Positions 50,375 through 59,939 of a DNA stretch of 64,000 nucleotides are shown one piece after another. The notes beneath the pieces were generated by a model, which was given only the letters and a program-made list of their open reading frames with translations, was not told where the DNA came from and did no database searches. Within the stretch, counting starts at the first letter, position 1; the number at the start of each line of letters is the position of its first letter. A program made the translations under genes and the position numbers. This DNA comes from a bacterium (lineage in GTDB: Bacteria > UBA8248), in contig CBDCRP010000003.1 in NCBI GenBank assembly GCA_965221165.1, positions 1,632,001 through 1,696,000 of the forward strand, read 5' to 3'.

Positions 50375-51472
50375 ATGGCCGACACCGACGAGAGGCTCTT
50401 CGGCACGGACGGCGACGACACCATTGACGCAGAAGGCGGCAGCGACACCATCCTGGGCGATGCGGGCGACGACGACCTCACCGGCGGAACGGGCCGCGAC
50501 ATCATCCGCGGCGGCAGCGGAACGGACACCATCTACGGCGGCGCGGACGGCGACATCCTCAGAGGCGACAGCGGGGATGACACCATTTACGGCGGCGATG
50601 GCAACGACATGCTCGTGGGTGATTCCGGGGTCGATACGATAGACGGCGGGGCGGACAACGACACCATTGCCGGCGGCTCTGGGAACGACAACCTCACGGG
50701 CGGAGCCGGCGAGGACACGTTCGTGTTCATCGAGAACTCGGGCGACGACACTATCACCGATTTCGTCGTGGGCGCCGACACGATCGATCTGAGCATGATC
50801 CAGGAGGCGATCGCGTATGCGGACCTCACCATCACGCAGGTCGGGAGCGACACTACGATCACGCACACCGCGCTCGGCGGAACCATCACCCTCACCGGCG
50901 TGACGGCAACCGACCTCACCGCATCGAACTTCAACATGCCCGACGGGTCGACCACCTCGCTGACCACCGAGGAGAACGACAAGCTCCAGCGATACGCCAA
51001 CCCCTGGGAGGGAACCGACAGTTCCGACATCTACCTCGACGGTGCGAACGACACGCGGCTCTTGGGCAAGGGCGGCAACGACGTGCTCATGGCCGGCGAG
51101 GGCGACGACATGGTCGAGGGCGGCGCGGGTAATGACCTCCTGATGGGCGAGGAGGGGGACGACACCATCGACGGCGGGGCCGACGACGACACCCTGTGGG
51201 GCGGCAGCGGGGATGATACCTTCGTCTTCCAGGCCGGCCACGGGAACGACACCATCAAGGATTTCAAGGACGTCTCCGGCGGTGAGAACGACAAGATCGA
51301 CCTCACCGCATTCACCGGCATCACCGCTTTTACGGGTCTCGACGGCAAAATCACGCAGGACGGCGACGACACGAAGATCGACTTGAGCTCCTTTGGTGGG
51401 GGCGAGATCATCATCGAGGACTTCACCTCGACCGACCTGGGCGCAGAGGATTTCGACTTCTACACGATGTGA
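50375..51472 (+). CDS. RTX-like (hemolysin-type) calcium-binding repeat protein
   Basis: Many GGxGxDxLx nonapeptides in two blocks; DTITDF/DKIDL type I secretion-like tails; RBS AAGGAGG. Confidence 0.9.
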   Translation: MADTDERLFGTDGDDTIDAEGGSDTILGDAGDDDLTGGTGRDIIRGGSGTDTIYGGADGDILRGDSGDDTIYGGDGNDMLVGDSGVDTIDGGADNDTIAGGSGNDNLTGGAGEDTFVFIENSGDDTITDFVVGADTIDLSMIQEAIAYADLTITQVGSDTTITHTALGGTITLTGVTATDLTASNFNMPDGSTTSLTTEENDKLQRYANPWEGTDSSDIYLDGANDTRLLGKGGNDVLMAGEGDDMVEGGAGNDLLMGEEGDDTIDGGADDDTLWGGSGDDTFVFQAGHGNDTIKDFKDVSGGENDKIDLTAFTGITAFTGLDGKITQDGDDTKIDLSSFGGGEIIIEDFTSTDLGAEDFDFYTM

Positions 51473-51680
51473 CGCGCAGCCGGACGGCATTTGAAGCCGC
51501 CGGGGGCGCATGCGCGGACAGGGGGACACGCAGGTCCGCCCCTACGGACTCGTTCGTCGCCCCCGTCATTCCGACCCCCGTAGGGGCCGACCTATGTGTC
51601 GGCCCGTTTTTATATGTCCGTTATTTTCATACCGGCCCGCCACCATCGTTCCGGCGTCAATTCCGACCGGGAAGGGGAAG
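51473..51680. repeat. REP-like palindrome cluster, partly duplicated at 53006-53165
   Basis: CGGACGGCATTTGAAGCCGCCG, GTCCGCCCCTAC, GTAGGGGCCGACCTATGTGTCGGCCC. Confidence 0.7.
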
Positions 51681-51889
51681 GCGGAGACTGCGCTCCTTTA
51701 CCGAGGGATGGACGCCCTGAGAAGGGAACTGGACCAAAACTACGAGGCGGAAAACGGCCTCAGGCAGCCCTCAGCCGATATGTGCCAAAAGAAATTACCC
51801 AGCATCTACAGGACTTGACCTATTTAAATATTATATGGCACCATTTTTCTCTATTTCACAGTCTTGTGAAAGGACAGTGGAGAACGAAC

Positions 51890-53005
51890 ATGACAAACGA
51901 CAGGTATTTCGGCACGAAAGGAGATGACACCTTCGACGGTGGCGAAGGCCACGACATCATCCTCGGCGATGAGGGCAATGATACGCTCACCGGCGGGGCG
52001 GGCTACGACAATATCAGAGGCGGCAGCGGCGACGATACGATCTACGGTGGCGATGACGTCGATCTCCTCCGGGGCGACAGCGGCGACGATACGATTTACG
52101 GCGGCGACGGCGCCGACACGATCTTTGGCGACGAAGGCAACGATACGATAGATGGTGGCGCTGGCAACGACACCATCCTCGGCGGTGAGGGGGACGATGC
52201 GCTCACCGGCGGAGCCGGCGAGGACACCTTCGCCTACAAGTATGTAACTGCGGGCGATGACACGATCACTGATTTCAACGTGGGTGAAGATACGATTGAT
52301 CTCAGCTTGATTCCGGAGACAATCACCTATGCCGACCTCACCATCGCGGATAACACCGACGGCGACGCCGTGATCACGGTCCCGCAATCATCTCTTGGCT
52401 CAGGCGCAACGGGAGACATAACGATCACCCTGACCGGCGTTTCGGCAAGCTCCGTCACCTCAGGCAACTTCGTTATGCCCAACCCGCCTGTCGAATCGAT
52501 CTCTACCGATGGGGGCGTCACGGTGTTGCAGGATACCGACCCCTTTGAGGGAAGCCAGTATAGCGAATTCTTGAGCGATAACTCGCAAGACTCCGAGATT
52601 TACGGCTATGGCGGAAACGACGATATTTACGGCGGCGAAGGCGACGACGAGATCTACGGCGGCGCGGGCTGCGACCTCCTGATGGGCGAGGAGGGCGACG
52701 ATACCCTCGACGGCGGCGCCGACGACGACATCCTGGTGGGCGGCAGCGGTGATGATACCTTCGTCTTCCAGGCGGGGCACGGGAACGACGCGATCAAGGA
52801 TTTCAAGGACGTCTCCGGCGGCGAAAACGACACCATCGACCTCACCGCATTCACCGGCATCACCGGCTTTTCTCAGCTCACCATCACGCAGGACGGCGAC
52901 GACACGAAGATCGACCTGAGCTCCCAGGGCGGGGGCGAGATCATCATCGAGGACTTCACTTCGACCGATCTCGACGCGACGGACTTCGACTTCTACACGA
53001 TGTGA
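51890..53005 (+). CDS. RTX-like calcium-binding repeat protein (tandem paralog)
   Basis: Same architecture as 50375-51472; near-identical C-terminus ending DFDFYTM. Confidence 0.9.
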   Translation: MTNDRYFGTKGDDTFDGGEGHDIILGDEGNDTLTGGAGYDNIRGGSGDDTIYGGDDVDLLRGDSGDDTIYGGDGADTIFGDEGNDTIDGGAGNDTILGGEGDDALTGGAGEDTFAYKYVTAGDDTITDFNVGEDTIDLSLIPETITYADLTIADNTDGDAVITVPQSSLGSGATGDITITLTGVSASSVTSGNFVMPNPPVESISTDGGVTVLQDTDPFEGSQYSEFLSDNSQDSEIYGYGGNDDIYGGEGDDEIYGGAGCDLLMGEEGDDTLDGGADDDILVGGSGDDTFVFQAGHGNDAIKDFKDVSGGENDTIDLTAFTGITGFSQLTITQDGDDTKIDLSSQGGGEIIIEDFTSTDLDATDFDFYTM

Positions 53006-53556
53006 CGGCGGCACGGACGGCATTTGAAGCCGCCGGGGGCGCATGCGCGGACAGGGCGGGCACGCAGGTCCGCCCCTACGGACTCGTTCGTCGCTCCCGT
53101 CATTCCGACTCCCGTAGGGTCAGACATATATGTCTGCCACCTATGTGTCGGCCCGTTTTTATGACGCCCGCCTCCGCACGGGAGGGCACACCGGCTCTCC
53201 CCTACCCGGAACCACCGCGCATTTTGTAGGGGCGGTTCGCGAACGGTGGGGCAGTCCCGAGGAGGGATTGCCCCTACCGTCATTGCGGCGACAATCCCGA
53301 CCGGAGAGCGAGGGATTGCGGTTTTTCTTTTTGATCGTCATTCCGGCAGTTCCTCCCGCATTGGTCGGGGTAGGACCCGTAGGGGCCGCATACATGCGGC
53401 CCGTGTCTTGAAGGGGAAAAAGTGCGGGTCGCATGTATGCGACCCGCTACAAGGAATCACTCCTCGCTCGCGCACCCTCCCCCCGGTCGTCAAACCCGAC
53501 CGATGAGGGAGATTTGATGACACAACGCCGTCATTCCGGCGTCCGCCGGAATGACG
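53006..53556. repeat. Dense REP-like palindrome cluster
   Basis: Multiple GTAGGG/CCCTAC units and the perfect CGTCATTCCGGCG-TC-CGCCGGAATGACG (53529-53556). Confidence 0.7.
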
Positions 53557-53684
53557 AGCAAAGGCGAAGACAATTCCCATCTTAAAAACCACGCCGGGCC
53601 GTGCTAGTATATTCTTCGAACTTCCCCGCTCAGGAGTCGCCGGGATCAATCCCGACCGGGGAGGGAGGGATTGCATTTTTTCGC

Positions 53685-53770
53685 GGAGGGATGGCCGAGC
53701 GGCCGAAGGCGGTGGTCTTGAAAACCACTGAGCGAAAGCTCCGGGGGTTCGAATCCCTCTCCCTCCGCCA
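53685..53770 (+). tRNA. tRNA-Ser (anticodon TGA)
   Basis: GGAGGGA acceptor, GTGGT-CTTGAAA-ACCAC anticodon arm, long variable arm, GGTTCGAATCC, GCCA end. Confidence 0.96.
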
Positions 53771-53772
53771 AT

Positions 53773-53878
53773 TTCATACAGGCAGAATCGGTGAGAACCT
53801 GAGTTTCTCGCAGCCATCTTCATACGGGCAGAATCGGTGAGGACCTGGGTTTCTCGCAACCGTTTTGATACGGGCATA
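53773..53878 (+). repeat. 46-bp tandem repeat (about 2.3 copies) directly after tRNA-Ser
   Basis: TTCATAC(A/G)GGCAGAATCGGTGAG(A/G)ACCTG(A/G)GTTTCTCGCA at 53773 and 53819, partial copy at 53865. Confidence 0.8.
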
Positions 53879-54044
53879 CCCGGCGGACGGTTGAATTTCT
53901 CCCCGCCTTTCATGGCCGGTGCGCGCCCTCTTCTGTCGAGTAGCGGCGCACTGCCGGACGATTCAAAGACCATCGCTCCTCTGATGTCGCCGTCGCCGCC
54001 ATGAGGGCGTTCGGCCAGACCATAAGGAATCAGGAGAAAAGAGA

Positions 54045-55463
54045 ATGGATGCTAGCGACATTTGCGATCTCACCATCGCGGATTCATCGAAAAAAATCGC
54101 CGGTGGAGACTTATCGCCGGTCGAGGTGACCGAAGCGCATCTGGTGCGCATCGATGCGCTCAACCCGATTGTGAATGCGTTTACGACCGTGGCGCACGAG
54201 CGCGCGCGCGCCGAGGCGAAGGCGGCCGAGACCGAAATCGCGGCCGGCAACATCCGGGGGCCTTTGCACGGCGTGCCCATCGGCGTCAAGGACATCATCG
54301 ATACGGCGGGCGTGCGCACCACGCAGGGCTCGAGTTTTTTTCGCGACAACGTGCCGACGCAAGACGCGGAATGCGTCCGGCGGCTCCGCGAGGCCGGCGC
54401 CGTCATGATCGGCAAGTGCAACACGGCGGAGTTCGCCGCGGAATCGGCGACCAAGAACCCCCACCACGGGGCGTGCCGCAACCCCTGGGACGTCACCCGC
54501 GTGCCTGCGGGCTCGAGCGGCGGCTCGGGTGCCGCGGTCGCCGCGCGGATGGCGCCCGGCGCGCTCGGAACCGACACCGGGGGGTCGGTGCGGGGACCGG
54601 CGGCGATTTGCGGCGTCGTCGGGCTGAAGCCGACCTACGGGCGGATCAGCCTGCGCGGCGTTTATCCGAATGCGACCAGCCTCGATCACGTAGGACCCTT
54701 GACGCGGACGGTGCGTGATTGCGCGTTGCTGCTCCAGGCGATTGCCGGTTACGACCCGGGCGATCCGTTTTCCGCCGATATGGAAGCGCCCGAGTTTTCC
54801 GCCGACCTGGAAAAGGGTGTACACGGCATGCGTTTCATGATCTCCTCCGATTTGATCGACGTCGAAATCGATGAGCCGATCATGGAAGCGTTCGAGGCGG
54901 CGCTCGGCGCACTGCGCGGGCTGGGCGCAAAAATCGAGGATGCGCCCTGCCCCTTCGCCAGGGAGATCAACCCCCACCGACGGGTCATCGCGGACGCGGA
55001 ATTCTACCGCGTGCACGGCGAGCGCTATCACGAGGACCCGGGTGGCTACGGAGTTCGCTTGCAGGAGCGAATCGCGAACGCCGGGAAGACCACGCTGGCG
55101 ATGTATATCGACGCGCTGGGTCGCCGCAAGGCGCTGACGCGCTCGATGCTCGACCTCATGGCCCCTTACGACGCCATGCTCTCGCCCGGCTATCCCTGCC
55201 TCGCCGCGCCCGTCGAGACGACCATGGCGAGCGTCAACGGAAAGGAAATGGATTTCATCGGCCTGGCGCGAAACCTGACGGGCGTACAGAATTTCCTCGG
55301 CTTTCCCGGCCTGATGGTGCCCACGGGTTTTGATGCCGAACACGGATTGCCGATGGCGATGCAGATTACGACCCGCCCCGGCGAAGAGGCGCGCGGGTTC
55401 CGCGTCGGCCACGCCTTTGAGGGGGCGACTCCCGAATGGCGGAAGAGAAAACCCGAACTTTAG
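54045..55463 (+). CDS. Amidase signature family enzyme
   Basis: GPLHGVPIGVKD, AGSSGGS, GTDTGGSVRGP; paralog of 3062-4489. Confidence 0.93.
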   Translation: MDASDICDLTIADSSKKIAGGDLSPVEVTEAHLVRIDALNPIVNAFTTVAHERARAEAKAAETEIAAGNIRGPLHGVPIGVKDIIDTAGVRTTQGSSFFRDNVPTQDAECVRRLREAGAVMIGKCNTAEFAAESATKNPHHGACRNPWDVTRVPAGSSGGSGAAVAARMAPGALGTDTGGSVRGPAAICGVVGLKPTYGRISLRGVYPNATSLDHVGPLTRTVRDCALLLQAIAGYDPGDPFSADMEAPEFSADLEKGVHGMRFMISSDLIDVEIDEPIMEAFEAALGALRGLGAKIEDAPCPFAREINPHRRVIADAEFYRVHGERYHEDPGGYGVRLQERIANAGKTTLAMYIDALGRRKALTRSMLDLMAPYDAMLSPGYPCLAAPVETTMASVNGKEMDFIGLARNLTGVQNFLGFPGLMVPTGFDAEHGLPMAMQITTRPGEEARGFRVGHAFEGATPEWRKRKPEL

Positions 55464-55647
55464 GGTAATACGATCCCGTTCGCCTTAACCGACGGAAGGT
55501 TTGACTCCATCACCCAAACCTGCTTCAATAAATACAAATGTAAAATTTGACTGAGCAGGACAACCGTCTCTAAAAGACTCGCAGTGAGCGAGTCCTCATC
55601 GGATTCGTTCCGGGGACAAACTTTTACACCGTCAGGGGGAGGCAAAC

Positions 55648-56658
55648 ATGAAACTTTCCATGAAGTCGATTCTCGTTGGTTTGGTCGTCGCCGGGACTGT
55701 AGCGTTTACGTCCCACGCAGTCGTGGCGAACGCCGCCAACCTCATCTTCTACTCGTCGCTCACCACCGCCGCGCAAGCGACATTGGTGAAGGCCATCGAA
55801 AAGAAATTTCCGGACATCAAGGTCCAGTCCATCACCGCAGGCGGCGTCAGCCTCTATCAGCGCTTCGTCGCCGAGCGTTCGGTGGGCAAGGGCAAAATCG
55901 ACCTGCTGCACTTCAGCTACACGCCGGGCTGGTATCACCTCGCCAGGGAAGGCTGGGTGAAGAACGTGACGCAACTCCCCGAAGCCAAGAATTTCCCGGC
56001 CTGGGGCAAGGACGAAAAAGCGCAATGGGTCGGCCTGCGCGCGCCGACTCTCCAGGTCATCTACAACACCGACAACGTGAAGCCCGGCGAGGCGCCGAAG
56101 AGCTTTGCGGAACTGACGGGGCCGAAATGGAAGGGCCGTCTCGTGCTGGTCGATCCGTTCCAGTCCGCGGGCCTGTGGGATTTCTTCTACGGTTCGAAGG
56201 GATTCGGCGAAAAATACATCAAGGGTCTGCTCTATAACGGAACGTTGGTGCAATCGCGCATGGGCGCGTCGACCGAGCGCGTCGCCACGGGCGAGCGCGA
56301 CGTGACGATGGTGTTCGAATACATCGCGATTCGGCGCATCAACAAGGGCGCGAAGATCAAGATCGCCGAGATGAAGGAAGGCACCCCGGTCATACCTGCT
56401 TCGTTCGGCATGATCAAGGACGGGCCGAACCCGAAAAACGCGGAGAGGGTGTATCGCTGGATACTTTCCAAGGAAGGCCAGACGGTCATCACCCAGAACG
56501 TGAAAATCAACTCCGCGCGTTCGGACGTGCCGCACGTGAAAGGCATTCCCTATCCCTTCACGCCGCTGTATGCGGATTGGGAGAAAGTCGCCAACGAACA
56601 GAAAAAATATCGCGCCTTCATGACCAAGCACATCCGTGAGGCGAAGAGAAAGAAATGA
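55648..56658 (+). CDS. ABC transporter substrate-binding protein (Fe(III)/polyamine/thiamine class)
   Basis: Signal peptide, YNTD, APKSFAEL..PKWKG, LSKEGQ. Confidence 0.85.
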   Translation: MKLSMKSILVGLVVAGTVAFTSHAVVANAANLIFYSSLTTAAQATLVKAIEKKFPDIKVQSITAGGVSLYQRFVAERSVGKGKIDLLHFSYTPGWYHLAREGWVKNVTQLPEAKNFPAWGKDEKAQWVGLRAPTLQVIYNTDNVKPGEAPKSFAELTGPKWKGRLVLVDPFQSAGLWDFFYGSKGFGEKYIKGLLYNGTLVQSRMGASTERVATGERDVTMVFEYIAIRRINKGAKIKIAEMKEGTPVIPASFGMIKDGPNPKNAERVYRWILSKEGQTVITQNVKINSARSDVPHVKGIPYPFTPLYADWEKVANEQKKYRAFMTKHIREAKRKK

Positions 56659-56681
56659 TCGCCTTAAGTCGATGACCTGAG

Positions 56682-58397
56682 ATGCGTCCCCGTTCGTTTA
56701 CCATGTTCAGGGCTCCGGGCACCGTTCGCGTACTCGAATGGGGATGTCTTCTCGTCATCGGCTTTCTGGTGCTGTATCCGCTGTTCTGGCTGCTGCTGGG
56801 CAGCTTCAGACCGAACCCGATGAGTTCGGACTTCACCCTCGACGCCTACTTCGCCATATTAGAAGAGGAGTACATGGGTGAAGTGTTGTGGAACACCGCC
56901 GTCATGTCGGCCGGGGTCACGAGTCTGTCCGTTCTCATCGGCGTTCCGCTCGCCTGGATCGTCGGGCGCACCGATACGCCGTTCAAAAACTACATCAACA
57001 TGATTGCGATTCTGCCCTTCATCATGCCGCCCGTGGTGGTGGCGGTGGCCTGGGCCTATCTCGGCACGCCGCGCGTCGGTTTCGTCAACCTGTTCTGGAA
57101 GTGGATTATCGGCACCAAGGAGCCGCTGTTCGATATTTTCACCATGGGCGGGCTCATCTTCGTGATGGCCCTGTCTTTGGCGCCGTATGTTTTCATCTTC
57201 ACGGTCACGGCGTTCAAGAACATGGACCCGACGCTGGAGTACGCCGCCCACGTGAGCGGCGCGAACCAGTGGAAGACGACGCTCCGCATCACATTGCCCA
57301 TGGCGGCGCCGGCCATATTGTCCGGTGCGCTGCTGGCGTTCATCCAGTCGCTGGAGGTTTTCGCCATACCGGCGACGATAGGCGTCTCGGGCGGCATATA
57401 CGTATTCTCGACCCAGCTTTGGCGCATGATGATCGGCATCCCGCCGAACTTCTCCCATGCCGCCGCCATGTCGATCCCCGTTCTGCTAGTTTGCGGGCTG
57501 GCGCTCTGGGGGCAGACCAGGGCGTTGGGGCGAAGCGCCAAATACACCACGGTCGCCGGCAAGGGCTTTCGGCCGCGGCTCGTGGAGCTCGGCCCCTGGA
57601 AATACGTCGCGCTGGCGTTCGCCGCCGTCTATCTTCTGGTTTCGGCGATCCTGCCGGTGCTGACGCTGATTTACGGCACCTTTATTTCCAATCGCGGACG
57701 CCCGCCGACCCTGGAATTCCTCACACTGGGCCACATCCATGAGATCATTACCGGTGACGGCGGCGCGGTCATTCTCCGGTCCATCCAGAACAGCCTGTTC
57801 CTGAGTTTTCTCGGCGCGACCATCGGCATCGGTCTCTCCGCCGTGGTCGCCTATTTCGTGGTCCGCAGCACCTGGAAGGGCCGGGGAACGCTCGATTTTC
57901 TGGCGCTCATTCCGGTGGCGATTCCGGGCGCGGTCATCGCCATCGCCATGCTCTGGGCGTATATCCGCCAACCGTTCGATCTGTATCACACGCTGTGGAT
58001 CATCCTGATCGCCTACATCACGCGCTTCCTGCCGTTCGGCGTGCGGGCGGTCTCCAATTCCATCACGCAAATCCATGAGGAACTCGAACGGGCCGCCGCC
58101 GTGAGCGGCGCGAACTGGGGCGTCGTCTTCTGGAAGATACTCGTGCCCCTGGCCATGCCGGGCATCGTCGCCGGCTGGGTCATTCTTTTCGTATCGATGA
58201 TGCGCGAACTATCGGCCTCGATCATGTTGTTCAGCTCCAACAAAGAGGTGATCGGCACGATCCTGATCCAGCTCTATGACGAGGGGCTCTTTTCCCATGT
58301 GTGCATTCTTTCGCTCATCATCGTCATCTTGTCGCTCGGTTCGGTGGCGTTCGTGCGCTGGCTCACGAAACAAAAGGACGTGGAGGGCCTGACCTGA
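56682..58397 (+). CDS. ABC transporter permease (FbpB-like, two domains)
   Basis: Two EAA-like loops (LEYAAHVSGA, LERAAAVSGA), about 12 TM segments. Confidence 0.9.
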   Translation: MRPRSFTMFRAPGTVRVLEWGCLLVIGFLVLYPLFWLLLGSFRPNPMSSDFTLDAYFAILEEEYMGEVLWNTAVMSAGVTSLSVLIGVPLAWIVGRTDTPFKNYINMIAILPFIMPPVVVAVAWAYLGTPRVGFVNLFWKWIIGTKEPLFDIFTMGGLIFVMALSLAPYVFIFTVTAFKNMDPTLEYAAHVSGANQWKTTLRITLPMAAPAILSGALLAFIQSLEVFAIPATIGVSGGIYVFSTQLWRMMIGIPPNFSHAAAMSIPVLLVCGLALWGQTRALGRSAKYTTVAGKGFRPRLVELGPWKYVALAFAAVYLLVSAILPVLTLIYGTFISNRGRPPTLEFLTLGHIHEIITGDGGAVILRSIQNSLFLSFLGATIGIGLSAVVAYFVVRSTWKGRGTLDFLALIPVAIPGAVIAIAMLWAYIRQPFDLYHTLWIILIAYITRFLPFGVRAVSNSITQIHEELERAAAVSGANWGVVFWKILVPLAMPGIVAGWVILFVSMMRELSASIMLFSSNKEVIGTILIQLYDEGLFSHVCILSLIIVILSLGSVAFVRWLTKQKDVEGLT

Positions 58398-59488
58398 TGC
58401 AAAACGTGCGGGTGGAGAAACTGGTCAAGAAATTCGGCGACGTGGTCGCCGTCGACGGGGTTTCGTTCGAAGTGCCCAAGGGCAAGCTGCTGACCCTGCT
58501 GGGGCCCAGCGGCTGCGGCAAGACGACCACTTTGAATATAATCGCCGGTTTCGAAACCCCCGACGGCGGCGACGTCCACGTCGGCGACAGGCTGATCTCG
58601 AGCGCCTCGCAAAGCGTGCTGGTGCCGGCGCACAAGCGAAACCTCGGCATGGTCTTTCAGTCCTACGGCCTCTGGCCGCATCTGAGGGTGCGCGACAACG
58701 TCGCCTTCGGCCTGCAGATGCGGAAAACGCCGCGAAACGAAATCGCAGGAGCCGTGGAGCGCGCCCTGGGGCTGGTGCGGCTCGACGGCCTGGGGGAGCG
58801 CTACCCCTCGCAGCTCTCAGGCGGCCAGCAGCAGCGCGTCGCCTTTGCCCGCGCGCTGGTATACGAGCCCGACGTATTGCTCCTCGACGAACCTCTTTCC
58901 AACCTCGATGCGGCGTTGCGCGAGGAGATGCGCCTCGAACTCAAGGATCTGCAAACCGAATCCGGCATCACCACCATATTCGTTACCCACGATCAGGTCG
59001 AAGCCATGGTGATGAGCGACATTATCGTAGTGATGAACAACGGGCGCATCGAACAGATGGGCTCGCCGAGCGATGTCTACCAAAACCCCGCAAATCAGTT
59101 CGTCGCCGGTTTTGTCGGGGTTTCGAACTTCCTCGAAGGCGAGGTCGTCGCCGCCGGCATGGGCGACGCGCAGACTGCGGTGAAGACCGGCGACATCACG
59201 CTGTTCTGCAGGACCGCCGGCGTCGCCGAAGGTTCAAAAGTATTGCTCTCGATCCGGCCCGAGGATTGCGTCGCCAGCCTGGACGCGCCTCCGGAAGGGA
59301 CCCCGAACCTCATCAGATGCACCGTCGATCAGGCGGTGTATATGGGTGGCGTGCTGGAGCTTTGGCTGAGCGCCGGAAACCAGAAAATCCGCGTGCACGG
59401 ACACCGCTTGCCGATACTCGAATCGGGTGCTGCGATTTACGTTTCTATCGAGCCCGGTTCGATTAGTGCGATTGAAAATAGTCCTTAG
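58397..59488 (+). CDS. ABC transporter ATP-binding protein (FbpC/PotA-like)
   Basis: GPSGCGKTT, LSGGQQQR, LLDEP, VTHDQ, TOBE-like tail. Confidence 0.93.
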   Translation: MQNVRVEKLVKKFGDVVAVDGVSFEVPKGKLLTLLGPSGCGKTTTLNIIAGFETPDGGDVHVGDRLISSASQSVLVPAHKRNLGMVFQSYGLWPHLRVRDNVAFGLQMRKTPRNEIAGAVERALGLVRLDGLGERYPSQLSGGQQQRVAFARALVYEPDVLLLDEPLSNLDAALREEMRLELKDLQTESGITTIFVTHDQVEAMVMSDIIVVMNNGRIEQMGSPSDVYQNPANQFVAGFVGVSNFLEGEVVAAGMGDAQTAVKTGDITLFCRTAGVAEGSKVLLSIRPEDCVASLDAPPEGTPNLIRCTVDQAVYMGGVLELWLSAGNQKIRVHGHRLPILESGAAIYVSIEPGSISAIENSP

Positions 59489-59539
59489 CGATAAAAGCGC
59501 TAATCGCCGCAATTCCGGAAATTCTCTGGGAGCAAGAAA

Positions 59540-59836
59540 ATAAAAATGGGGGGCTGTGGAGCCTTCGGGGTAAGCGAATCCCCGGGTCTCGTCATCACTG
59601 TCACCCTCGCCGACCAAAGGAAGCCTTCGGTTCGATTTGCCTGACCGGATGCCTCGTCGCCAGAGAAGACTACCTCCCGTCCAGCCAGGCAGGTGCTTCT
59701 TCACGACCATGTCGCTCACGGCATCAACGACCCCTTCGGGGGAGTTCGTCGTCCGCGTCCCGCGCAAGCCCGGGGCGGTAAACGGCACCCTCGGTACAGC
59801 GGCGGAACTGACCGCCTCCGAAACGCGTGGCATTAC
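59540..59836 (-). ncRNA. Candidate structured non-coding RNA (~295 nt)
   Basis: Own promoter (TTGTAA-16-TATAGT at 59870-59843), several nested stems, a hairpin plus T tract at the 3' end, no credible ORF. Confidence 0.45.
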
Positions 59837-59939
59837 GATTTCACTATACTTTCTGAGGACATTCTTACAAAATAGAGTCATTGCGTGCAGTCCACCGGGA
59901 TAATGACCAGCGGGGGTGGTGGAGTGGGTGGAAGGTAGC

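Noticed and set aside
53685-53770. Possible tRNA-Sec (selC), since the anticodon reads TGA
   Set aside because: Anticodon TGA decodes UCA (Ser); tRNA-Sec needs anticodon TCA and an 8-bp acceptor stem. This is an ordinary tRNA-Ser.
53773-53878. Possible mini CRISPR array
   Set aside because: Units are contiguous with no unique spacers, and there are no cas genes in the window.
59540-59836. Assignment as tmRNA, cobalamin riboswitch, SRP or RNase P RNA
   Set aside because: Only fragments resemble these. There is no GGGG 5' acceptor, CCA end or proper tag peptide, no B12-box GGGAA or downstream gene, no SRP core and no GAGGAAAGUCC.
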